A stretch of DNA of 64,000 nucleotides from the NCBI GenBank assembly GCA_043803405.1, contig JAZDKB010000006.1, forward strand, positions 1 to 64,000. Direction: 5' to 3'. The notes beneath the pieces were generated by a model. It saw only the letters and a list, made by a program, of their open reading frames with translations. It ran no database searches and was not told the DNA's origin. Below, piece after piece: positions 1-10,488 of this stretch. The DNA comes from Spirochaetota bacterium (GTDB taxonomy: Bacteria; Spirochaetota; UBA4802; JAFGDQ01). The position numbers were made by a program, and so were the translations under genes. How positions within the stretch are numbered: the first letter of the stretch is position 1; each line of letters starts with the position of its first letter.

Positions 1-1
1 G

Positions 2-580
2 AGAGAAGTGGTGGAATCAATACATAAGGATTGCAATATAGATGCAAAGGTTATCCACCCGCTTACGGTTTTTGCCGAGGAACCGCTGATTTCTAAAATC
101 CCTACTGTTGTAAAGCGCGATCTTTCCGGACTCAAAGTAGCGTGTTACTACGGATGTCTTTTAACGCGGCCACCGAAAGTAACTGAGTTCGATAATCCGG
201 AGAATCCGATGAGCATGGACAACGTATTAAGAGCTGCGGGCATTAAAACAGTGAACTGGTCCCGTAAGACTATTTGCTGCGGCGCATCCTTTGCACTTTC
301 CAAACCGGACATTGTAGTGAAATTAAGCCACGATTTAATAGAAGACGCCAGAGCAGCAGGAGCTGATGCAATTGCAGTGGCATGTCCTTTGTGCCATGCT
401 AATCTGGATACGCGTCAGGATGATATGAAAAAAGAGTTCGGTACTCATCCCCAGATGCCTATTTATTATTTTACACAGCTTATGGGTTTTAGCTTTGGCC
501 TTTCTCCAGAGGAACTTATGCTTAATAAACATCTGACCGATGCAAAAACTATATTGGAGAAAGTCGGCCAGCACGCCTAG
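2..580 (+). CDS. hdrB: CoB-CoM heterodisulfide reductase subunit B-like (CCG domain) protein, 5'-partial
   Basis: CCG-domain motifs YYGCLL, CCGASF, ACPLCHANLD and YFTQLMG; frame open back to the window edge. Confidence 0.85.
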   Translation, partial: REVVESIHKDCNIDAKVIHPLTVFAEEPLISKIPTVVKRDLSGLKVACYYGCLLTRPPKVTEFDNPENPMSMDNVLRAAGIKTVNWSRKTICCGASFALSKPDIVVKLSHDLIEDARAAGADAIAVACPLCHANLDTRQDDMKKEFGTHPQMPIYYFTQLMGFSFGLSPEELMLNKHLTDAKTILEKVGQHA

Positions 581-652
581 TAAAAAAGAAGTCACGCTGC
601 CTGAAAAAAACAGGCTGATTGCTTTCTTATTCTTTCACTTTCGTATTGAAAT

Positions 653-682
653 AAAAAAGCCTCTATTTATAGAGGCTTTTTT
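653..682. terminator. Bidirectional intrinsic terminator
   Basis: aaaaaagcctctat-tt-atagaggctttttt, perfect inverted repeat with A/T tails between convergent genes. Confidence 0.85.
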
Positions 683-710
683 CTATTTAAGAGATGAAAA
701 TAAATATTTT

Positions 711-1550
711 TTATTTGACGGTAAACTTTAGTATGCCGGTTGGCTGCAGATCGCCTTTATCGTAATTAGTGTGGCTGCGAACTTCATATTTGCCTGCTGC
801 ATTCACTCCGCCATAAAAAGTAATCGTGCCTTCCCTTTGTCTGCTTGTGTACTGGTATGTATAGTGATTTCTTGCGGCCTCATTTTCTTTCGCAATAGAA
901 ATATAATCATATCTTGTTCCGGGAAAATTTTTATATGTAACTACAATATCCTCCCCGACTTTATAAATGTTTTTGGATACTTTGAGATGAATTTTAGGAA
1001 TTATTGTCTTTGATCCTTCTGATGGTGATTCTCCTGTAAGTGAAGCTATAAGATTGCTGATCTCCTGAACCAGTGCTTCTTCGCTGTCTGCTGTAATCTT
1101 TGAACTGCTTTCAGCGATACCCTTTTCAACATCAACAACTCTGCATGTAACAACAGTTTGTTCGCCGAGTTTCATTACGCTTCCTATCAAAATTTTACGT
1201 GCAGTAAGCAATTTACCAATTCTTGCAGCGCTGCTGTCATCAGTGACTCCCGTTTGCGAGAAACCATGCTCTTTGAAAATCATATCTACCTGGCTTCTTT
1301 CAATTACTGTATATTTATTTGAATTTATTAGATCTGTTCGTATAAGTTCCGAAATTATTCTGCTCTTCTCATTAGGAATATTCACTGTTTTAAAATCGAG
1401 TACTGCAATCCTGTCTTTTTGCTGAATAACCTCTTCGGATTTTTCAATTTTTTCGGATTGAATTTTACTTTTCTGTACATTTGATTTTTTAGTTGAACAT
1501 GATAACAGAACAATTATAAATAAAAATGATGCTATTTTAATGATTTTCAT
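711..1550 (-). CDS. Lipoprotein with CsgG/FlgO-like domain and C-terminal Ig/SKICH-like beta domain
   Basis: Lipobox LLSC after a hydrophobic stretch; RIAVLDF..VIERSQV..AARIGKLL..GSV pattern; start placed at ATG 1550 behind AAGGA. Confidence 0.7.
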   Translation of the reverse strand: MKIIKIASFLFIIVLLSCSTKKSNVQKSKIQSEKIEKSEEVIQQKDRIAVLDFKTVNIPNEKSRIISELIRTDLINSNKYTVIERSQVDMIFKEHGFSQTGVTDDSSAARIGKLLTARKILIGSVMKLGEQTVVTCRVVDVEKGIAESSSKITADSEEALVQEISNLIASLTGESPSEGSKTIIPKIHLKVSKNIYKVGEDIVVTYKNFPGTRYDYISIAKENEAARNHYTYQYTSRQREGTITFYGGVNAAGKYEVRSHTNYDKGDLQPTGILKFTVK

Positions 1551-1777
1551 ATTTATCCTTGTTTTTATTATATTAATATTAATGAATTTTATATTAGTCT
1601 GAAAAATCAGTATATTCAATAATATTTATTTAAATAGCAAGCAAATTTTTTAATTTTTTAAAAGCAAAAAAATACTGTAAAATTAAAAATCGTCAATTAA
1701 TAATTATATTGACTATATCCTTATTTAATTTGATTATTATATAAGTTGGTTTATAATATTCAGCGGACGATATAATT

Positions 1778-2551
1778 ATGATGGGAAATGAAATATTATT
1801 TTCATTAGCGCCTGTAATCTTTTTCAACTGTCTTTTACTTTCGACATTTATAATTTTCGCTTTTATACACAAAAAAAGGCCCAAAGATAATTCTGTGCCT
1901 GAATTTAGCCATAAGACTTTTGTAGGTTCATTCCTTCGTGAATATGGTTACTGGGGTACAATCCCGTTTATCTGGTTTTTTAAAAAATTACGGCTTACTC
2001 CTAATCAGTTAACTTCTGTTGCTCCGTTTTTAGCGTTAGTATCAGCATATTTTTATTATAAAGGAGAATTCGCTAATGCCGGCTGGATTTTAATAGCCAG
2101 CGGAATTCTTGATTTTTTAGACGGCAGACTCGCAAGAGCAACAAATCAGATTTCTAAAGAAGGCGCTTATCTGGATTCAAATCTGGACAGATATTCCGAC
2201 GGCATTATTTTCGGGGGACTTGCGCTTTATTACAGAAATGATCTTTTTATGCTTATTATTTCAATTTTTTCCATAATAGGCATCCAGATAACAAGTTATG
2301 CAAAAGCCAGGGGAGAGTTAAACGGAATATCAACAAAAATCGGTTTAATGCAGAGGACAGAGAGATTTGTTCTTTTGTGGGTTGTATCAATTTTTCATCC
2401 TTTTATTATGATGATTTTAAACAGAAACGGCATTACTAAAGAATATCCCATGATATTTGCGCTAATACTTATGGCAGTTCTGACGAATTATACTGCAATA
2501 GTAAGAATTCTCTTCACCTTTAAAGAAATACGAAAACAATCCGGCAAATAA
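1778..2551 (+). CDS. CDP-alcohol phosphatidyltransferase
   Basis: Signature DFLDGRLAR..GAYLDSNLDRYSD; TPNQLT; multiple TM segments. Confidence 0.9.
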   Translation: MMGNEILFSLAPVIFFNCLLLSTFIIFAFIHKKRPKDNSVPEFSHKTFVGSFLREYGYWGTIPFIWFFKKLRLTPNQLTSVAPFLALVSAYFYYKGEFANAGWILIASGILDFLDGRLARATNQISKEGAYLDSNLDRYSDGIIFGGLALYYRNDLFMLIISIFSIIGIQITSYAKARGELNGISTKIGLMQRTERFVLLWVVSIFHPFIMMILNRNGITKEYPMIFALILMAVLTNYTAIVRILFTFKEIRKQSGK

Positions 2552-2616
2552 TTCCTGTTTTTTTTACATCGAATAATCTAACAAAATTTTTTATAATACT
2601 TATAGTTTGAAAAATT

Positions 2617-3930
2617 ATGCAAAAAACATTTTCAATAAAAACCCTGGGCTGTAAGCTCAATCAATATGAATCATCTTTAATAGCCGGACAATTTATCGAA
2701 AACGGCTGGGTCGGCAGGCCGTTCGGTGAAAAAGTTGACGCTGTGATTATAAACACATGCACTGTTACAAACAGAAGCGATAAAAAATGCAAAAATTATA
2801 TTCGCCAGGGAGCGGCTTTTTCAAATAAAGGTAAAGTGCTGGTGACCGGCTGCATGGGTGAGAGAGATGCTGATTACTTAAAAAATATGCCGGAGGTCTT
2901 TACTGTTGTAAAAAATTCGGAAAAAGAAAAAATATTTTCTGTAGTTAACAGCGGAACTTATCTTGTTTCTATTGGAAACGAAATAAATGAGATAAATGGC
3001 ATTAATGAAATACAGGATAATATTACTATTCTGAAAAAAAATGAATTTCCTCTTCCTTTCTATAGGACACGGGGACTAGTAAAAATTCAGGACGGGTGCG
3101 ACGGTGAATGTTCTTATTGCATAGTTCCTTATGTAAGAGGGAAGCCTGTAAGCAGAAATTTTAAGGAAGTCCTGGATCATGCGTATAGATTAATTGATTC
3201 CGGTTGTCCTGAACTTATACTGACCGGCATAACCATTGGCAAATATTTATCCAATGATAAAAATTTAGCAAAGTTGATTGATGAGCTTGTTAATATTGAC
3301 GGTAAATTCAGAGTCCGGATAACTTCAATTGAGCCGAATCATATATCGGATGATCTGATAGAATGTTTTTCTTTTGATAAAGTATGCTCTCATATTCATG
3401 TTCCCTTGCAGTCAGGATCAGACAGAATATTGAAACTTATGAAAAGACGTTATTCGGTGAATGAGTATATTAAAATAATTGATAGAATACGAAAGAAGAA
3501 TAATGATATATCTATCGGCACTGATGTAATAATAGGATTCCCGGAAGAATCGGAAGATGATTTTTTGCTGAGCATGAAAACGATAGAGGACATAGGATTT
3601 TCGTATGTGCATCAATTTACATTTTCAAAGCGTTCCGGCACACAGGCATCGTTAATGAACGGATGTTCAAATAAAGAAATATCCGAAAGATCTTCAAGAA
3701 TGCGGGAGCTGGCTAATTCTCTTGCTTTTAATTATCGTAAAAGATTTCTTGGGATGTACTTGCCTAGTATTATTGAAAAAAATAAATCCCGGGATGGGTA
3801 TAAAGCTGTTAGTTCAAATTATATAAAAATGGATATTAAAAATATCTTGTCGGAAGACGATAAAATAGGTATAATAACCGATGTACGTCTTGAAGCTCTG
3901 GAAATAGAAAGAGCTATTGGTGTTCTCTGA
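2617..3930 (+). CDS. mtaB: tRNA t6A37 methylthiotransferase MtaB
   Basis: TLGCKLNQYES, INTCTVT, VKIQDGCDGECSYC radical SAM motif. Confidence 0.9.
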   Translation: MQKTFSIKTLGCKLNQYESSLIAGQFIENGWVGRPFGEKVDAVIINTCTVTNRSDKKCKNYIRQGAAFSNKGKVLVTGCMGERDADYLKNMPEVFTVVKNSEKEKIFSVVNSGTYLVSIGNEINEINGINEIQDNITILKKNEFPLPFYRTRGLVKIQDGCDGECSYCIVPYVRGKPVSRNFKEVLDHAYRLIDSGCPELILTGITIGKYLSNDKNLAKLIDELVNIDGKFRVRITSIEPNHISDDLIECFSFDKVCSHIHVPLQSGSDRILKLMKRRYSVNEYIKIIDRIRKKNNDISIGTDVIIGFPEESEDDFLLSMKTIEDIGFSYVHQFTFSKRSGTQASLMNGCSNKEISERSSRMRELANSLAFNYRKRFLGMYLPSIIEKNKSRDGYKAVSSNYIKMDIKNILSEDDKIGIITDVRLEALEIERAIGVL

Positions 3931-3980
3931 GGCTTATTCGGCATTTTCCTGCTAATAAAATATAACGGGAGAAAAATACG

Positions 3981-5006
3981 ATGTATGTAGATACCATTTT
4001 CGGGATCAAATGGAGAGATGCGGTTTCGACTAATGAGATAATTATGTTTTTTGTTGTAATTATTCTTATAATTACGGCATATTCCTTATATAAATATGAT
4101 TTAAAAATAAAAAGCAGACTCGAACAGGCACGGCTTTTATTTCAGTTTAAAATTAAACATTACGGCTTAACAGGTTTGCAGATTAGAATTGTTAATTATA
4201 TTATTAAAAAATTAAATTTAAAAAATCCGCAAATAATTTTTACAAACCCGGAATTGTTTGAGGATTCGATCGGCGACATTCTTGATTACATGAAAACAAG
4301 CATGGAAGATCATGAATCACTTATAAATATATGTAAAGACCTTATAATTACTTACGAAAAGTTATATCACCACATGTCGGTCAGGAAACCTGTTGAAAAG
4401 ATTTCGGATTTAGAGCCTGGTGTGCTGCTTTTCTTTTATCTTGATGCGTCCGCAGTTTATATAGGAAAGCTTATTGAAAAGACGGATTCGCAAATGAAAC
4501 TACAGCTGTTCCGCGAATGGAAGCGTATGTCGCGGGTTGAGACAGGAAAAGCATATAATTTTTTTTTATGGCGCTCGGGTGATGCCGAATATATATTTAC
4601 ATCAAATGTCCTGCTTATAGAGGAAAACTTTGTTTCAATAACGATGCCGTCCGAATTTATCCGCGGCAAGGAAGTGCGCCGTCCATATATAGAAGTATTT
4701 ATTCCATGCACGCTTATACTGCCGGATGAATCGGTTAAGGCTGCCGATGAGCAGAAGGTTATAGAAGGAAGTATCCTTAAATTAAATGAAAATGAGCTGG
4801 TATTACGTTGCAGTTATAAGCTTAATTATAATTATGTTTATGCATTGGATTTTGTAATTGATGAATTTAATATGAATACCTTTGTGAGCCTTATCGCCGA
4901 TAAGACAATCACTGAAGGAAATATTCATTATTATACGTGCAAGATAGTGGATGTTTCGGAGGCAGCAAAGTTAATGCTGCATAAGTTTATAAACGACCGC
5001 TTCTAA
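3981..5006 (+). CDS. Membrane-anchored PilZ/YcgR-like (flagellar brake-like) protein, degenerate
   Basis: N-terminal TM; YcgR-N-like beta domain followed by PilZ-like C-terminus (VRRPYIEV..GSILKLNENEL). Confidence 0.5.
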   Translation: MYVDTIFGIKWRDAVSTNEIIMFFVVIILIITAYSLYKYDLKIKSRLEQARLLFQFKIKHYGLTGLQIRIVNYIIKKLNLKNPQIIFTNPELFEDSIGDILDYMKTSMEDHESLINICKDLIITYEKLYHHMSVRKPVEKISDLEPGVLLFFYLDASAVYIGKLIEKTDSQMKLQLFREWKRMSRVETGKAYNFFLWRSGDAEYIFTSNVLLIEENFVSITMPSEFIRGKEVRRPYIEVFIPCTLILPDESVKAADEQKVIEGSILKLNENELVLRCSYKLNYNYVYALDFVIDEFNMNTFVSLIADKTITEGNIHYYTCKIVDVSEAAKLMLHKFINDRF

Positions 5007-5104
5007 AATTCCGGATATTATCTCTGATCAGCTTGTATCCGAATGGAATTTTTTTGACTTTTAAAATCCTGTATAAGCTGCCGCTTGAATTTATTTATGA
5101 GTGT

Positions 5105-5893
5105 TTATTTCCATTCTTCATCCGGGAGCGGTCTGCTGATTTCAGGATTTTTTGCATCTTCCGGCACTTCTTTTTCTTTTAATAGAACTATATCCACGCG
5201 CCTGTTATTGGATCTGCCTTCCGGCGTGTTATTGGTGTCAACAGGTCTGAATTGTGCGAAGGAAACTGCCGACATCCGTTTTTGCGGAATTTTGCCCTCT
5301 TCGGAAAATACACGGAGCACGTTTATGGCGCGGGCAGCCGAAAGTTCCCAGTTCGTTTCATAACCTCGTTTTGCTTCAGGATTTATGGGTTTGTTATCTG
5401 AATGCCCTTCAACCCTTACGTAATTGGGGAATTCCCTAATAATGTTCGATATTTTACGTAGTGTTGGTTTTGCATCTTTTTCAATGACTGCGCTGCCCTG
5501 TTCAAAAAATACGTCGCTTGCGAGTGTAATTATCAGTCCGCGTTCGTCTTCACGCATGCGCACAGTGCGGGCAAGAACTTCCGGCTTAAGGAGTTCTTTT
5601 GCCTGTTTAAAAACACGGGAATAAGCTTTTTTTCTTTCTGATGATGGGAGGTTCAGCATGTTCTGGCCCATACTGGCCAGCTTGCCTTTAGTAATGCTAT
5701 GGCCGCCTTCCATGACGCCTATATTGCCTTTAAAGGAGGAAAGGATTAGCATAAAGTCTTCTTTCCCGACTGTTGTGACTTCTTCACCCATGAGTACAAT
5801 GAAAAAACACATTAGAAGATTATTCAAGTCTCCCATTGAGACAAGCCAGGGTGGAGCGCCTTTTTGTTGAGATTTTTTTATTTTTATGCCCAT
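5105..5893 (-). CDS. motB: Flagellar stator protein MotB
   Basis: WLVSMGDLNNLLMCFF TM with conserved Asp; OmpA-like VEGHSD, NWELSAARA, NRRVDI. Confidence 0.92.
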   Translation of the reverse strand: MGIKIKKSQQKGAPPWLVSMGDLNNLLMCFFIVLMGEEVTTVGKEDFMLILSSFKGNIGVMEGGHSITKGKLASMGQNMLNLPSSERKKAYSRVFKQAKELLKPEVLARTVRMREDERGLIITLASDVFFEQGSAVIEKDAKPTLRKISNIIREFPNYVRVEGHSDNKPINPEAKRGYETNWELSAARAINVLRVFSEEGKIPQKRMSAVSFAQFRPVDTNNTPEGRSNNRRVDIVLLKEKEVPEDAKNPEISRPLPDEEWK

Positions 5894-5900
5894 TTATTTA

Positions 5901-6683
5901 TTAGCCCTGATCAACTTTTGAATCAATACTTTCCTTAACCGACGCCGGCAGGAAGGAGATCAGCTTGTCTTTAGTAATTCGCGGATTTTCTCCGGATTGT
6001 ATTGATAATACGCCCGCTATAACAATTTGTTTAACAAGGGATTCTTCGCTGGTCATCATATCGAGCTTTGTTGCCATTGGTGTAAATACAAGGTAACATA
6101 TTACAGCACCATAAAATGTCGTAATAAGAGCAACAGCAAGGTAAGGGCCTATCTTAGATTTGTCGGATAGGTTAACAAGCATCATAATTAGTCCCATTAA
6201 AGTGCCGATCATACCGAATGCAGGGGCAAAGGTGGCGGCATCATCGAAGATACGTTTGTTGCTGTCGTGTCTTATCATCATTTGCTCAATTTCTATTTCA
6301 AGAATGCTGCGCACCAGAGACGGATCAGTTCCGTCTACTACAAGCTGCAGACCTTTACGCATAAAAGGATCTTCAACTTCGGACAGTGTATCTTCAAGAG
6401 CAAGAAGACCTTCGCGTCTTGCTTTTTCGGAAAAAGAGATTATATCAATAATAAGTTCTTCATAATTATATGATGCAGGGAAAAGGGCAATTTTGAATAG
6501 ATTTCCTATGTTCATTATTTTTTTCAGCGGGTAAGCAACGAATAAAGCCGCGACTGTTCCTCCAATAGTAATCATTACAGAAGGAGGGTCAACAAACCAC
6601 AAAATATTACCGCTGGCTAAAATGATCCCCAGATAAAGGAATATAAGACCGGCCACCAGGCCAATAATCATCGTAATGTTCAT
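5901..6683 (-). CDS. motA: Flagellar stator protein MotA
   Basis: ARREGLLALE, GLQLVVDG, APAFGMIGTL, ALITTFYG. Confidence 0.93.
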   Translation of the reverse strand: MNITMIIGLVAGLIFLYLGIILASGNILWFVDPPSVMITIGGTVAALFVAYPLKKIMNIGNLFKIALFPASYNYEELIIDIISFSEKARREGLLALEDTLSEVEDPFMRKGLQLVVDGTDPSLVRSILEIEIEQMMIRHDSNKRIFDDAATFAPAFGMIGTLMGLIMMLVNLSDKSKIGPYLAVALITTFYGAVICYLVFTPMATKLDMMTSEESLVKQIVIAGVLSIQSGENPRITKDKLISFLPASVKESIDSKVDQG

Positions 6684-6734
6684 TATGAAATTTCTCTCTT
6701 ATTATTCAATATTTTAAATTACTTTTTTACCGGT

Positions 6735-7454
6735 TTATTGCATTTCACTGCGTATTCTCCGGATATTATTTGCGCAATTCTCTTTATAATTATTAATTAT
6801 TGGCGAATCCGGAAGCTTGTTGAGATCGTTTTCCAAAGCCATGTAAACACCAAGCGCCTCTTGTACCCTTGCTGATTCATAGTAAATTCTTCCCAGGGCA
6901 AAACGGGCTTCATAGTATGAAGGCCTTCTTTTGTATAAAGCCTCCAGAATTAATATCGGCTCATCACGCTCATTTTTATATAGAAACAATAAAATTGCGA
7001 GTCCGTATAACGCTTCATCATAATTACTTTTTAGGTTTATAGCACGTCTGTAATATTCTTCTGATTTATTAATTTCGTCTTTTAGTCCGGATTTGGCTCC
7101 TTTGTTCCCGTATATTAATCCTGCAAGATAGTTCAGGTATGGGTTATTTCTTCTGTAACCAAATGCCTTGTCTACATGCACAAGAGCTGTATCGATATCT
7201 TCTTTTTCGATGTAAATCGTCGCCAGTTGTTCGTGAAGATCGCCCAGACGTATAGCGGATTTCTCATCTTTATCGTTTTTTTCGAGTACACTGATTTCTT
7301 TGTTAATTTTTTCTATTCTGTCTGATACGTCGTAGCGCCTCAGGCTGGATCCTTTCATTATATCTTTACAGCCAGTATCTTTGCAGGCTAAAAACGTTAA
7401 ACCTAATAATAACAAAATTTTCGCACAGATATGATGTTTTGTTTTTACAGTCAC
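6735..7454 (-). CDS. TPR-repeat lipoprotein
   Basis: Lipobox FLAC; TPR-like helices (YLAGLIY, ALYGLAIL, ARFALGRIY); GTG start after AGGA. Confidence 0.7.
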   Translation of the reverse strand: MTVKTKHHICAKILLLLGLTFLACKDTGCKDIMKGSSLRRYDVSDRIEKINKEISVLEKNDKDEKSAIRLGDLHEQLATIYIEKEDIDTALVHVDKAFGYRRNNPYLNYLAGLIYGNKGAKSGLKDEINKSEEYYRRAINLKSNYDEALYGLAILLFLYKNERDEPILILEALYKRRPSYYEARFALGRIYYESARVQEALGVYMALENDLNKLPDSPIINNYKENCANNIRRIRSEMQ

Positions 7455-7840
7455 TGGTATCCTATCCGGACATAGGTTTTAAATTTTGGTTATATAGATT
7501 TAAAGTCATTTTAAAAAATAAAGCAAATCATATTTGGGTTTATAATTCTTATTAAATTAACGGCTAATACTTAAACAAAAATTACAAAATATATATATAC
7601 CGGTTAAATCTAAGCTTAAAATTTTATAAAATATTAAAATATTTGTTGAAATCCTTTTCCCTGTTGATTTAAAGTGACATAACTTTGATTTAAATCATTC
7701 ATTTTAATAAAATTGTTTATATTTTAAATAATCTTAATTAATTTTTTTAATAAAATAAAAATCTTTACAAAATGCTTATTATTTTAGAGATTGTCTGACA
7801 GTTGAAATAAGTTGTTCTTTTGCTTTGGAGGGTTAGTACA

Positions 7841-8263
7841 ATGTTGGATGCTATCGCCAGATCTGAAGTTAGAGAAAATGAAGTATCCCCGATAAACGGA
7901 TATAATGAGAAAAAAGCATGGGGACTTTATACAAGTGTCGATATTCATGACTGTCATCCTGAATATATCAGGGACAAGGAAATGATAAGGCAGTATGTAT
8001 TGCAATTAAGCGAAATCCTCCGCATGAAGTGCTTTGGAACAACTCAGTTCACGAGTGTAGGATCTGAGATAAAATGCGAAGGTTGCCTGATGACTCAATT
8101 CGTCGATTCTTCTCTCGTTTCCGGCCATTTTGCGTATAAATCGAATACAGCATACATCGACATTTTCAGCTGTAAATACTATGATCCAGAAGTTATATCG
8201 CATTTTACGCTTTCGTTTTTTAAAGGCAGCCGCTACTCTCTGAATATTACAGTCAGGAAATAA
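7841..8263 (+). CDS. S-adenosylmethionine decarboxylase (SpeD-like) pyruvoyl proenzyme
   Basis: WGLYTSVDIHDC, S-SLVSGH putative cleavage region, YIDIFSCK; ATG 7841 follows GGAGG. Confidence 0.75.
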   Translation: MLDAIARSEVRENEVSPINGYNEKKAWGLYTSVDIHDCHPEYIRDKEMIRQYVLQLSEILRMKCFGTTQFTSVGSEIKCEGCLMTQFVDSSLVSGHFAYKSNTAYIDIFSCKYYDPEVISHFTLSFFKGSRYSLNITVRK

Positions 8264-8302
8264 AAATTAGTTCATGTTATTCCCTAAACCGCATCACTTC
8301 TA

Positions 8303-8758
8303 TCATTTATAATCATTCATAATAATCGTTATAACATCTGCTTCTTTTATCATTTCTACTGCCAGTTTATCATTATATGGTTCTTTATAAATAAATTTTT
8401 TAATTCCGCTATTAATCAGCATTTTTGTGCATATTGAGCATGGCTGGTTTGTAATGTATATGCTTGCATTATTGATGGATACACCATGCAGGGCAGCCTG
8501 AATAATCGCGTTCTGTTCTGCGTGAAGCCCTCTGCACAGCTCGTGCCTTTCCCCGGACGGGACATTATTAATAGTTCTTAAACATGTTTCCTTTGTGCAG
8601 TGCGAAACACCTGCGGGCGCGCCGTTGTAACCGGTCGACAAAATCCGCTTGTCTTTTACAATAACTGCGCCAACTTTTCTGCGTATGCATGTCGCTCTTT
8701 CAGATACGTCCAGCGCAATCTTCATGAAATATTCATCCCAGGTGGGTCTTTCGGTCAT
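8303..8758 (-). CDS. dCMP deaminase family protein
   Basis: [36 protein letters not shown] zinc motif. Confidence 0.9.
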   Translation of the reverse strand: MTERPTWDEYFMKIALDVSERATCIRRKVGAVIVKDKRILSTGYNGAPAGVSHCTKETCLRTINNVPSGERHELCRGLHAEQNAIIQAALHGVSINNASIYITNQPCSICTKMLINSGIKKFIYKEPYNDKLAVEMIKEADVITIIMNDYK

Positions 8759-8810
8759 ATAATTATCCATGATATATAACATCTGTTAAGAATAGACTTA
8801 TTGCGTAAAA

Positions 8811-8830
8811 GTCATTTCGGCCGAAATGAC
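8811..8830. repeat. Perfect 20-bp palindrome, REP-like
   Basis: gtcatttcggccgaaatgac; shares cgaaatgacaca with 56270-56281. Confidence 0.7.
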
Positions 8831-9008
8831 ACATTATATTTACAATAAGTATAATACTCTAGCCTAGAGCAGTAAGTTGATATTTTCAATTTTGCAACAA
8901 CAATTTTATTTACATGATTTTTATATTTTGCAAAAAAAAGTGTTGAATAAATACTGTATATTTCTATTTATAGAAACATTGACTTTATTTTTTTACAGGA
9001 GTTCCGAG

Positions 9009-10487
9009 TTGCCGAAAATATATTCCGAAAAAAACGAATTTTTACAATTAACGAATGAGTACAATCTTATCCCGATATACACGGAAATGCGAGCTGATCT
9101 TTACACGACGGTGTCGCTCTTTATGCGTCTAAAAAAAGAAAGGTATCAGTATCTTCTTGAGAGCGCTGTGAGCGGTGAATTTTTCGGAAGATACTCATTT
9201 ATGGGTACTTCAGAAAAAGCGATCGCGTGCAGGAACGGAAAGGTATCGATGGTTGACGGCGAAAAAAGCATTGACTGCGGGACGTACGAAAACCCGCTTC
9301 AATATATACGCGAATATTTCAAGAAGATTGTCCCTTACCGCGATCCGAAGCTGCCTCCATTTACTAACGGGCTTATTGGATATCTCGGATATGATATGGT
9401 AAAGTATTTTGAAAATATTCCGCTGCCCGAAAAGGACGAACTTAACTCTCCTGACTTTGAAATGATAATAACAGATAAAGTTATTATTTATGATCATTTG
9501 ATCCATAAGCTTTATATTGTTTATTCGCCATTAATAAAAGAAGATGATGATGCTGCGCGGATATATGATAATGCAATTTTAGAAATTGAAAAGATGGTTA
9601 ATGAAATAGAAGGCCCAAAGAAAACTTTTCAGCCTTTCAGAATCATTCCAAAAAACGGTAAGTCGGTTTTTAAATCAAATTTTACAAAGCTAAGATTTGA
9701 AGAATCCGTGGAAAAGGCAAAGAAATATATTTATGACGGCGATATTTTTCAAATGGTTTTATCCCAACGCCTGAATGTGCCGGTTTCCGGCGATGGTTTC
9801 AATCTTTACCGCAGCCTCCGTGTGATTAATCCTTCTCCGTATATGTTTTATTTAAAATGCAATGATATTGAAATAATAGGATCGTCCCCGGAAGTTCTGG
9901 TTCAGTTAAATGGCGGGCATGTAACGGTTCGGCCGATTGCCGGCACCAGGCCGCGCGGCAAAACGCCTGAGGAAGATCTGCAGCTGAAGGATGAATTGCT
10001 GGGAGACGAGAAGGAGCTTGCTGAGCATATAATGCTTGTCGATCTTGGCAGGAACGATATTGGCAGGGTATGCCAGGGCGGCACTGTCAAAGTAGATCAG
10101 CTGAAGGTAATCGAATATTACTCGCATGTAATGCACATTGTATCGAATGTCATTGGAAAGATGTCACCTGAATACGATGTATTCGATCTGATAAAAGCTG
10201 TTTTCCCTGCCGGCACATTGTCGGGCGCACCGAAGATAAGGGCGATGGAGATAATAAGCGAGCTTGAGCCCGAAAGACGCGGAATTTACGGAGGTATGGT
10301 AGGTTACCTGACGTATGACCAGGAGCTCGACAGCTGCATAACCATACGAACGGTTATCATAAAAAATAATGTTGCGTACCTCCAGGCAGGGGCAGGGATT
10401 GTGGCGGACTCAAATCCGGAGCGCGAGTATTATGAGACAATGCAGAAGATGAAAGCTATTTCAAAGGCTATGGAAGTGGAGAATTAA
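9009..10487 (+). CDS. trpE: Anthranilate synthase component I
   Basis: [54 protein letters not shown] start at 9009 after AGGAG. Confidence 0.93.
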   Translation: MPKIYSEKNEFLQLTNEYNLIPIYTEMRADLYTTVSLFMRLKKERYQYLLESAVSGEFFGRYSFMGTSEKAIACRNGKVSMVDGEKSIDCGTYENPLQYIREYFKKIVPYRDPKLPPFTNGLIGYLGYDMVKYFENIPLPEKDELNSPDFEMIITDKVIIYDHLIHKLYIVYSPLIKEDDDAARIYDNAILEIEKMVNEIEGPKKTFQPFRIIPKNGKSVFKSNFTKLRFEESVEKAKKYIYDGDIFQMVLSQRLNVPVSGDGFNLYRSLRVINPSPYMFYLKCNDIEIIGSSPEVLVQLNGGHVTVRPIAGTRPRGKTPEEDLQLKDELLGDEKELAEHIMLVDLGRNDIGRVCQGGTVKVDQLKVIEYYSHVMHIVSNVIGKMSPEYDVFDLIKAVFPAGTLSGAPKIRAMEIISELEPERRGIYGGMVGYLTYDQELDSCITIRTVIIKNNVAYLQAGAGIVADSNPEREYYETMQKMKAISKAMEVEN

Positions 10488-10488
10488 A

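Noticed and set aside
5105..6683. Zorya (ZorAB) defence system
   Set aside because: MotA is a normal 260-aa stator without the long ZorA tail, and there is no zorC/D/E.
7455..7800. Replication origin in a very AT-rich spacer
   Set aside because: No DnaA-box cluster seen and no dnaA/gid/par context; consistent with divergent promoters.
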